IMG/VR virus record: IMGVR_UViG_2802429219_000018
Length of the DNA: 7,738 nucleotides
From: a virus
Taxonomy: Duplodnaviria; Heunggongvirae; Uroviricota; Caudoviricetes
Direction: 5' to 3' (one strand)
Position 1 is the first letter of the stretch. The number at the start of each line of letters is the position of its first letter. Shown here piece by piece: positions 1 through 5,639 of the stretch. The translations under genes and the position numbers were made by a program. The notes below the pieces were generated by a model. It saw only the letters and a list, made by a program, of their open reading frames with translations, did not search any database and had not been told where the DNA came from.

Positions 1-124
1 TTTACGCACCTCTTTTCCTAACAAAACGCCAGCCATCTCAAAATTAGAACTAGTGTTAGACATATATCCAAGCCTATCTCTTATTTTAAGATACATCTAC
101 TGTCTGGTATTTCAGGGGGCCAGC

Positions 125-448
125 TCAGTCTCAAAACGTGGGCATGTTGTCTCAAAATGCCTGCAAGTTGTCTCATTAAAAACAATAAATATTATTAAAT
201 AACATATAGATATATATTTTTGAGACAACCGAGACAACTGAGACAACCTAAACGATGTATTATGTGAGAGTATTTACAGCCATCAGATAGATTCCCAAAA
301 TTACTTCTATATATATACAGAATGTGGTTGTCTCAGTTGGTTCATTGTCTCAATAGGCAAAATATTGTTAAGTATCAACGCGTTATCAATAATAAGCGAG
401 ACAACCTAGTCAAAAATTGAGACAACTACCCCAAAAAATGAGACAACC
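125..448. repeat. Iteron array, putative origin of replication (ori) just 3' of the replication gene
   Basis: Octamer GAGACAAC at 222-229, 231-238, 240-247 (three tandem 9-bp units) and at 398-405, 419-426, 440-447 (21-bp phasing). Reverse-complement GTTGTCTC at 146-153, 167-174, 327-334, with degenerate copies at about 125-132 and 345-351. AT-rich tracts lie between the repeat blocks (about 176-220 and 301-318). No ORF covers the region. Confidence 0.6.
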
Positions 449-477
449 ACGCTAAGTTAGACGATACCTATAAAACA

Positions 478-2616
478 CTATTCATCCAGTTCATCATCCA
501 TAAGTAATGCATACGCTCTTAACTGCTTACCGTTCAGATGCTTTATTCTGGGTGTTCTTGTTTGCCACCCTTTACCACTTGAAGGGCGTTTAAGCATATT
601 TGCCCCATGAAGCACACTTGCAGCATGGTTTGCATCAAATCCACTTGCCACCTCGGCTTTAAAAACAGCCGGAAGAACATAAAAAGTTATAGCATCATCA
701 AGGTTTGATTTTCCTTTATTTTTATAACCAGCAAGGTTATGAATACTCATCTGGCTCAATTCATCAAAATCAACAGGTACAAAACGACTAATGCTATTTG
801 CTGTAAGAAATGATGTTGCCTGCTCAATAATCTGCTCGTTTTCCTTATTGCCTGTCCCGAACTCAGCCACCCATACATTAAAAACATGCTGTAACGCATC
901 TCGACACGCTAATGAGTCCCATCCAGTAATATGTTCAGAAAGCAGCATTGCACATTCCATAACTGCAAAACGATCCTTTACTCTATGAACTTGCTCGCCG
1001 TAATGTTGCGGAATAAGAGAATCCCATCGCTCTAACGCTCGTTTATAAGCCTCCTTCGCTTCCTGTTGATGATCTGCAAGCCATCTGATCCACTCACGAC
1101 CCGCCGCGCCATAATTTTCTTTCCATGCTGCTTCCAGTGCCTTCGCATGTTTCTCTCCATTTTCGTATCCATGAAATTCAGTTGGTCGAGATACAGGGAT
1201 ATTCAGTAATCTAACGAGCTGTCCAGCTTTTACTTTGATTCCTGCTCCAGCGAGAAAAGTTTCAATACTTTTCTCTCCTGTACTGATAACAACCGTTTCG
1301 AAATATTTAATTTCACGGTTCCCACCATCAGGACTTCCCTGTAATTTCCCTTTTCCATTAAAAAGAGTATAAGACGACGTAAATACACTTCTGGCACTGG
1401 AAGCCTGCTCTATTTCATCAAGAGCCAATAAACAGTGATTATGTGATTCTGCTTCGTTAGTTATACCCAACGCCGTTCCATACCAGGAAAGCCGTTGTTG
1501 TTTTGGAATTCCATACAGACTTGAGGCAAAATCTTCCGCAGTTGTTTTTCCCGCTGTACTTTGCGCATACAGATGCACACCAAAGCCATCAGCACCAATA
1601 ACACCAATCAGCGGGGCTGCCAGTGACGTAGCAGCCGCCAGCATCTGAAACGGGTTTTTATATGCCAATTTTGCAACATTCTCGCGCCAGCTTTCAGTAG
1701 TTCCTTTTACGCGATAAGCCAGCCTTGAGGCACTTCCTCCGGTAAACATAACTGGGGTTTCAGGCTCACCAATAACATCACCATTTGGCATGATGTAGAT
1801 GCCACCAAACCACCCGGAACGTTGTGTAGCCGTATACTGTAACCCTTTCTGAGCTTCATTCTGTATCCAGTCAGATAGAAGCTCTCTGGCCTTATTTTGT
1901 GTAGTAATTTTTAATCCCCAGTCTTTAAGGCGTGACCATCCCTGAGGGGTTCCAATCATTCCGGCTCTAATACAATGAGTAACCATTTCCCCCCTGAATT
2001 TCCAGCGTAAAGCAATAAACATTGCGTCATTTTCTCTATCAAATCCTTCGCCTAACACTTCCAGAGGTGAGCACATCCATTGACCATGGCGGGTTATCTC
2101 TCCTGAACGTTCAATTTTTGGGGTAACCCAGTACATACCTACTGGATCCGCATTTATACGCAATTCAACGTAAGGCGCCAGTTCATCGCGTGCCTGATTA
2201 CTTGCAGATTGCACAATATCCGTCATCGACACTTCTCCGCTCTCTACCTGTTCACGGATCCGTTGCAAGTAGTCGCGCCAGTTCTCCGGCTCCCGGTCGG
2301 TGATGCCTTTGTATAATTTCGCATCCTGTACGCCAGCCAGCGCCAGCTTTTCAGCAATAGCGTTGATCTGAATTGGCTCCATTTCCCCCGCGATATAAAC
2401 ACGCGCAAAGCGGCGCTCATCGTCAATAATGCGGATATTCGCCAGGTCTGCCAGTTGCTTTGGCCCCAGGTAAACAGGTGGTACGTTATCGCCGTGTTTT
2501 CGTCCTTCGCTTTCAATCCAGTGTTGAGCATGGGAGTAAGCGTCCGTCCCGGCAAAAATGATTACCTCGGTGAATTTATCCTTCGGCTGATATTTTAAAT
2601 TCGGTGCGTTTTTCAC
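478..2616 (-). CDS. Replication initiator, putative primase/helicase (P-loop NTPase of the DUF927 / SF3-helicase-like type; N-terminal primase-like region not confidently assigned)
   Basis: 712-aa ORF with GTG start at 2616 preceded by GGGAGG six nt upstream. Walker A-like motif AQSTAGKTT and Walker B-like CLLALDEIEQ in the central region, in a context (HLYAQSTAGKTTAEDFASSLYG ... SWYGTALGITNE) that I recall resembling DUF927-type replication ATPases of integrative elements. Iteron array lies immediately downstream. Family assignment is from memory, not a search. Confidence 0.7.
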   Translation of the reverse strand: MKNAPNLKYQPKDKFTEVIIFAGTDAYSHAQHWIESEGRKHGDNVPPVYLGPKQLADLANIRIIDDERRFARVYIAGEMEPIQINAIAEKLALAGVQDAKLYKGITDREPENWRDYLQRIREQVESGEVSMTDIVQSASNQARDELAPYVELRINADPVGMYWVTPKIERSGEITRHGQWMCSPLEVLGEGFDRENDAMFIALRWKFRGEMVTHCIRAGMIGTPQGWSRLKDWGLKITTQNKARELLSDWIQNEAQKGLQYTATQRSGWFGGIYIMPNGDVIGEPETPVMFTGGSASRLAYRVKGTTESWRENVAKLAYKNPFQMLAAATSLAAPLIGVIGADGFGVHLYAQSTAGKTTAEDFASSLYGIPKQQRLSWYGTALGITNEAESHNHCLLALDEIEQASSARSVFTSSYTLFNGKGKLQGSPDGGNREIKYFETVVISTGEKSIETFLAGAGIKVKAGQLVRLLNIPVSRPTEFHGYENGEKHAKALEAAWKENYGAAGREWIRWLADHQQEAKEAYKRALERWDSLIPQHYGEQVHRVKDRFAVMECAMLLSEHITGWDSLACRDALQHVFNVWVAEFGTGNKENEQIIEQATSFLTANSISRFVPVDFDELSQMSIHNLAGYKNKGKSNLDDAITFYVLPAVFKAEVASGFDANHAASVLHGANMLKRPSSGKGWQTRTPRIKHLNGKQLRAYALLMDDELDE

Positions 2617-2903
2617 TTCTTACCTCCCGCAACCAACATTGCCCGGATTTTTTTAATATTCGTGGCTGCACGTCTCGCCACCGCCTGTTGTTTGTTTTCC
2701 ACCAGAATAAAATCACGCTCAAACTGACGGCGCGGCATTACGCAGTCATATTCGTAAGCCTCACGGCGGTAGGTGATATTGCCTGGCGTAACGTGACGAA
2801 TAACCACTCGTCCCCCACGTCTGGTGTCGCGGTAAATATCTCCGTGTCTGATTTCAGGCCGAGAGAGACCGCTGGCAGTAAAGCCAGAATTTTTCTTTTT
2901 CAT
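2613..2903 (-). CDS. Hypothetical small basic protein (96 aa), translationally coupled to the replication gene
   Basis: ATG at 2903 with AGGAAA about 8 nt upstream. Its TGA stop overlaps the GTG start of the replication gene (GTGA at 2616-2613). Lys/Arg-rich, protein-like composition. No family recognised. Confidence 0.55.
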   Translation of the reverse strand: MKKKNSGFTASGLSRPEIRHGDIYRDTRRGGRVVIRHVTPGNITYRREAYEYDCVMPRRQFERDFILVENKQQAVARRAATNIKKIRAMLVAGGKK

Positions 2904-2907
2904 GGTT

Positions 2908-3108
2908 TTATTTTCCTGTCAGCAGTTCCGGTTTTATTCCTGCACTAATACAGAGTTCAGAAAAGCCTTCTGCCGTACTTACAATTTCATTATTTCGCAG
3001 CCGGCATTGTGATTTCACTTTCCCTTTATCCAGGTAAACCAGTATGCGTCCGGTGAAATCCTCTGGCACATTCAGGGTAATTGTCATTGTTGCTGGCTTA
3101 TTACCCAT
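2908..3108 (-). CDS. Hypothetical protein (66 aa) carrying one copy of the FTG...ENG...ExxxEL repeat domain
   Basis: ATG at 3108 overlaps the stop of the upstream gene (ATGGGTAA, 3108-3101). A G-run lies 6 nt upstream as a likely ribosome-binding site. The sequence EDFTGRILVYLDKGKV...AEGFSELCISAG aligns with both repeats of the adjacent 122-aa protein. Confidence 0.55.
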   Translation of the reverse strand: MGNKPATMTITLNVPEDFTGRILVYLDKGKVKSQCRLRNNEIVSTAEGFSELCISAGIKPELLTGK

Positions 3109-3469
3109 GGTTCACCCCCCCCTGAATGACCTGATAACCGCAACTGGTCAGCAATTCGATAAATTCCGGCAGTGTGCCGAAACAGCAATCATCACGCAGC
3201 CGTTCGCGGGATACCTCGACGCCGTTTTCGTAGTGACTCACCATGCGTCCGGTAAAATGCAGATCATCATCGTGATGGCACGTTAACGGCTTAATCAGTC
3301 GCGCACGTTCCGCCAGTTCCAGCAATGCTTCAACGCTTCCGGCAATTGCACCATCCGGCAGGTGGTAATTACGCACTATGCGCCCGTTCTCCACATTGAC
3401 CAGCAACTGCCCGGTAAATTTCTCGTCAAACTGAATGCTGTTAAGGTCAGAAATTGACAGGTTATGCAT
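3101..3469 (-). CDS. Hypothetical protein (122 aa) with a tandem duplication of the FTG...ENG...ExxxEL domain
   Basis: ATG at 3469 with AGGAGG 7 nt upstream; the start overlaps the stop of the upstream 67-aa ORF (ATGCATAA, 3469-3462). Repeat A is EKFTGQLLVNVENGRIV...VEALLELAERA; repeat B is LHFTGRMVSHYENGVEV...LPEFIELLTSCG. Confidence 0.6.
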   Translation of the reverse strand: MHNLSISDLNSIQFDEKFTGQLLVNVENGRIVRNYHLPDGAIAGSVEALLELAERARLIKPLTCHHDDDLHFTGRMVSHYENGVEVSRERLRDDCCFGTLPEFIELLTSCGYQVIQGGVNHG

Positions 3470-3665
3470 GGTGCACCTCCTGGCGAATACGGGCAGCGAA
3501 TACCATCACGCAGCCATCAGGAGATTGCTGACGCGCTTCCTGTTCGCTGATGGCCTCGATGTGAATTACGCGCGGTTGTGCCGTACTCAGGGCGATAAAA
3601 CGCCAGATATATTTATTCAGGTTGTGCGAGTCCCGCCCTTGCGGGTGTGTGGTATGATTTCTCAT
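3462..3665 (-). CDS. Hypothetical small protein (67 aa), first gene of the replication operon
   Basis: Internal ATG at 3665 (in frame with the 3462..4457 ORF of the track) preceded by GAGG 5 nt upstream. Protein-like composition from this ATG onward, whereas the upstream part of the long ORF translates the operator repeats and the antisense of the + strand gene. Stop overlaps the next start. Confidence 0.45.
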   Translation of the reverse strand: MRNHTTHPQGRDSHNLNKYIWRFIALSTAQPRVIHIEAISEQEARQQSPDGCVMVFAARIRQEVHHA

Positions 3666-3756
3666 AGCTACCTCGATACTGTTGCTATCGTTGGTGGTTA
3701 GAAGCCCGGTTAGTGTTAGCGCACTGCCGGGTTTCGTCGTTTTTATGAATCGATCA

Positions 3757-3860
3757 TTGTGAGATACATAGTCATCACAATGTGAGATATACATTATATT
3801 GTGGTGATATACATTGCAAGTGTTTTTATATCTCACTTTTGTGTATAGTGATATACACAT
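3757..3860. promoter_or_regulatory. Operator-like repeat array in a divergent promoter region
   Basis: Direct copies of GTGA(G)ATA(TA)CA at 3759-3770, 3782-3795, 3804-3815 and 3848-3860, spaced about 22 bp apart, plus an inverted copy ATATCTCAC at 3828-3836. Inverted pair CATTGTGA (3755-3762) / TCACAATG (3774-3781). Candidate minus-strand promoter: -35 TTGCAA (3819..3814), 15-nt spacer, perfect -10 TATAAT (3798..3793). The array lies between the divergent starts at 3665 (minus) and 3880 (plus). Confidence 0.5.
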
Positions 3861-3879
3861 AACTAATTGGTGATTAACT

Positions 3880-4182
3880 ATGTCTGTATACAAAAATGCA
3901 AAATCGCAAATGACAACGATCAGGGTTCCCCACGATGTTATGGAGGGTATGGAATCCGTAAAACTGGACGGCGAAAGCAACGCCGGATTCATAGTAACCG
4001 CCATGCGTGGTGAGATCGCCCGCCGCCAGGCAGAAGGAAGAGGAGAAAATCCCCTGGTTTCTTCGCTCGATGCACTGGCGCAGGTGGAAAAAATCGGAGT
4101 CAAAGCAGCCGAGGAGATCGGGCAGCTCGTCACCGTCGCGCGTGAAGAACTCCAGCGCCGCAAGGCCAAAGAACAGGAGTAG
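3880..4182 (+). CDS. Small putative DNA-binding regulator, ribbon-helix-helix-like N-terminus (CopG/Arc/RelB-DinJ-like pattern) with a charged helical C-terminus
   Basis: ATG at 3880 with GGTGA 6 nt upstream. The N-terminal segment TTIRVPHDVMEGMESVKLDGESNAGFIVTAMRGEIARRQ fits a strand-helix-helix pattern. Composition is protein-like, whereas the overlapping minus-strand frame is Ser/Thr/Cys-rich. Only + strand gene in the window. Fold call is by eye. Confidence 0.5.
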   Translation: MSVYKNAKSQMTTIRVPHDVMEGMESVKLDGESNAGFIVTAMRGEIARRQAEGRGENPLVSSLDALAQVEKIGVKAAEEIGQLVTVAREELQRRKAKEQE

Positions 4183-4403
4183 TTGATCAGCACCGGGCAA
4201 CCAGAAAAAATCGTATCAGTCGCGCTACCAGCAAAATTTTTTGCTTTCCGGACAGCGTGGCCAACGGCATTTTGCAGCAAAATATTCTGCATTTCTGGCG
4301 TGCTGTAGTAACGGTGATCAGCGCCTTCACATTGAACGAACTTGTCGCTAAAATTCACCCATATAGCAAACATCGCGGTGCTACAGGTAATTCGTTCACA
4401 AAG

Positions 4404-4435
4404 GCGCTCCGGCAACGGGGCGCTTTCTCTTTTTG
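4404..4435 (+). terminator. Rho-independent terminator, + strand orientation
   Basis: Stem GCGCTCCG (4404-4411), GCAA tetraloop (4412-4415), stem CGGGGCGC (4416-4423): 8 bp with one G-U pair, followed by TTTCTCTTTTT (4424-4434). It lies between the convergent 3880-4182 (+) and 4450-5250 (-) genes. The reverse strand has only a weak U-tract (CUUUGUG). Confidence 0.6.
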
Positions 4436-4449
4436 TAACGGTCAGAGCG

Positions 4450-5250
4450 TTACACATGGCTGTTTTCCTCCATGCGACGGGCTAACCAACGCTGCGAAAG
4501 ACGAATTAATTCAGCTTTCCGCTGGTGGTAGTCCTGGCCTAACTCAATCAGCGTGATATTGCTCTGCTCAAGGTAAGAAAGGTGCTCAAGCTGCAATGTG
4601 CTCATGTGGTCGCGTGGTTCGCCTGTGATGTCGTTCGCCTGCGCCCACTGTTTTGCAGTCATGCCACCCAGCACGATACGCGCCAGCATGTTCGCTTCCG
4701 TGGTGTAGTGGTGCTGGAGTGTGTTTTTACCCAGTTCAGCCCGGTACGCCTCCAGCGCGGCACACATTGGCTTAAAGTAGCTGGCAACTGTGATACGGGC
4801 TTTCAGTTCCCGGCGTAACGCTGCGGAACGCACTGGCGCTACCTTGTGTAGCTCCTCCTCGCATTTGATGAAGTACTGACGAACGGCGCGGCCCTGTTCG
4901 GTGCGTTCGACCATCGCCAGTTCTTTCGCCATGTTGATAGTGCTCAGGTAGTCGTGCTCTATACGTTGGCGAGATTTTGCGCTCACCGGATTGGGGGAGG
5001 TCAAATTTTCTACGAATTCAAAATCCACGCCCTTTTTAAATCCGTACTCATCAATGCGTCCTTTAATCCAGGTTGTGAAATCACGGCCTACCCCGAGCGC
5101 CTTATGCAACGCTCTGGCGCTAACAATATTGGTTTCACGCCCGCCAATAACGCCGGAAATAACCGGGATAATTTCGCCAAAATTTTGCAGATTCTGGTTT
5201 TCAGGCCGAACGAAGCCCTGCCCCTGTACGGGCGTTTTTGGAAATTTCAT
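4450..5250 (-). CDS. Phage antirepressor-like protein, AntA/AntB (Bro-N-like) N-terminal domain
   Basis: ATG at 5250 with AGGAG 5 nt upstream. The N-terminal region ARALHKALGVGRDFTTWIKGRIDEYGFKKGVDFEF...DYLSTINMAKELAMVERTEQGRAVRQYFIKCEEEL matches the characteristic AntA-domain pattern (L-H..L.V...F..WI..RI..YGF..G.DF ... Y.LT.DMAKEL.MVER...G...R.YFI.CE) as I recall it. C-terminal half unassigned. Confidence 0.7.
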   Translation of the reverse strand: MKFPKTPVQGQGFVRPENQNLQNFGEIIPVISGVIGGRETNIVSARALHKALGVGRDFTTWIKGRIDEYGFKKGVDFEFVENLTSPNPVSAKSRQRIEHDYLSTINMAKELAMVERTEQGRAVRQYFIKCEEELHKVAPVRSAALRRELKARITVASYFKPMCAALEAYRAELGKNTLQHHYTTEANMLARIVLGGMTAKQWAQANDITGEPRDHMSTLQLEHLSYLEQSNITLIELGQDYHQRKAELIRLSQRWLARRMEENSHV

Positions 5251-5327
5251 AAAAACTCCTGCTATCGAATTAAGTTACTTTTATTTGCTGGTGGATAGCT
5301 GGGGGCAATAGCCCCGTAGCCATTTAA

Positions 5328-5525
5328 TCAGGTAGCTGTTCCGCGTGATTCCGCAATACGCTGATTAATCCACTCGTCAATTTCACTCTCAACGAAAGCA
5401 ATCGCTCGCGAGCCAATTTTTACAGGTTTAGGAAAACGCCCTTGGGCAATGAGTTTATAGATCCATGCCCTGCCATAGCCTGTACGGCGCATGGTTTCTG
5501 GCATACGAATTAAAGATTGTGACAT
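5328..5525 (-). CDS. alpA: AlpA-family phage regulatory protein (excisionase-like helix-turn-helix)
   Basis: The segment IRMPETMRRTGYGRAWIYKLIAQGRFPKPVKIGSRAIAFVESEIDEWINQR matches the AlpA family signature. I chose the start at ATG 5525 (GGGAGA 8 nt upstream, giving 65 aa); the track ORF extends to a GTG at 5594, which lacks an SD and lies inside an operator palindrome. Confidence 0.85.
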   Translation of the reverse strand: MSQSLIRMPETMRRTGYGRAWIYKLIAQGRFPKPVKIGSRAIAFVESEIDEWINQRIAESRGTAT

Positions 5526-5590
5526 GATAATCGTCTCCCGTTGTTTATTGATGCCTACGGGAGACATTGAAGCAGGTAAGACATTGGATA

Positions 5591-5630
5591 TCACCGCAAT
5601 TGCGGTGAATGATACCGCAATTGCGGTATA
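5591..5630. promoter_or_regulatory. Two perfect 18-bp palindromic operator-like sites upstream of alpA
   Basis: TCACCGCAATTGCGGTGA (5591-5608) and ATACCGCAATTGCGGTAT (5612-5629), sharing the 14-bp perfect palindrome ACCGCAATTGCGGT; centres 21 bp apart. They lie between the stop of the 251-aa gene (5640) and the alpA start. No U-tract follows either site, so they are not intrinsic terminators. Confidence 0.55.
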
Positions 5631-5639
5631 GGACTACAA

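Noticed and set aside
1-63. Possible minus-strand ORF starting at ATG 63..61 and running off the left edge (MSNTSSNFEMAGVLLGKEVRK...)
   Set aside because: Only 21 codons are visible and the ribosome-binding site is weak, so it cannot be evaluated within this window.
125-448. Possibility that the short repeats are a CRISPR array
   Set aside because: The repeats are only 8-9 bp, occur in both orientations, are partly tandem without spacers, and have 21-bp phasing. That fits iterons, not CRISPR repeats of 24-48 bp with unique spacers.
791-2555. ORFs 791..988 (+) and 2244..2555 (-, alternate frame)
   Set aside because: Both are nested within the 712-aa replication gene; they lack SDs and have odd Cys/Ser/Trp-rich composition.
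2604-3701. Plus-strand ORFs 2604..2948, 3044..3286 and 3435..3701
   Set aside because: All are antisense to the translationally coupled minus-strand operon, whose genes have strong SDs and protein-like composition.
3874-4200. 108-aa minus-strand ORF
   Set aside because: It lies entirely antisense to the better-supported + strand gene at 3880-4182; no SD was identified and the composition is atypical.
3462-4457. 331-aa minus-strand ORF from the track, whose ATG at 4457 overlaps the stop of the antirepressor-like gene (ATGTGTAA)
   Set aside because: Upstream of 3665 the translation is Ser/Thr/Cys/Ala-rich and low complexity. It reads through the operator repeat array, the antisense of the protein-like + strand gene and the terminator hairpin. 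Only the 3'-terminal 67 codons (from ATG 3665, with an SD) were kept, at modest confidence.
4257-4556. 99-aa + strand ORF
   Set aside because: It runs through the intrinsic terminator at 4404-4435 and then antisense into the antirepressor-like gene; no SD was seen.
4582-5311. Plus-strand ORFs 4582..4818, 4954..5298 and 4991..5311
   Set aside because: Antisense to the antirepressor-like gene and the alpA intergenic region; no supporting signals.
5302-5315. GC-rich stem-loop GGGGC-AATA-GCCCC between alpA and the antirepressor-like gene
   Set aside because: No U-tract follows on either strand, so it is not a convincing intrinsic terminator; a 5-bp stem could be fortuitous.
5526-5594. Longer alpA reading frame (88 aa, GTG at 5594, or ATG at 5567)
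   Set aside because: Neither upstream start has an SD, and the GTG lies inside the first operator palindrome. ATG 5525 has a GGGAGA SD and gives the 65-aa length typical of AlpA-family proteins.
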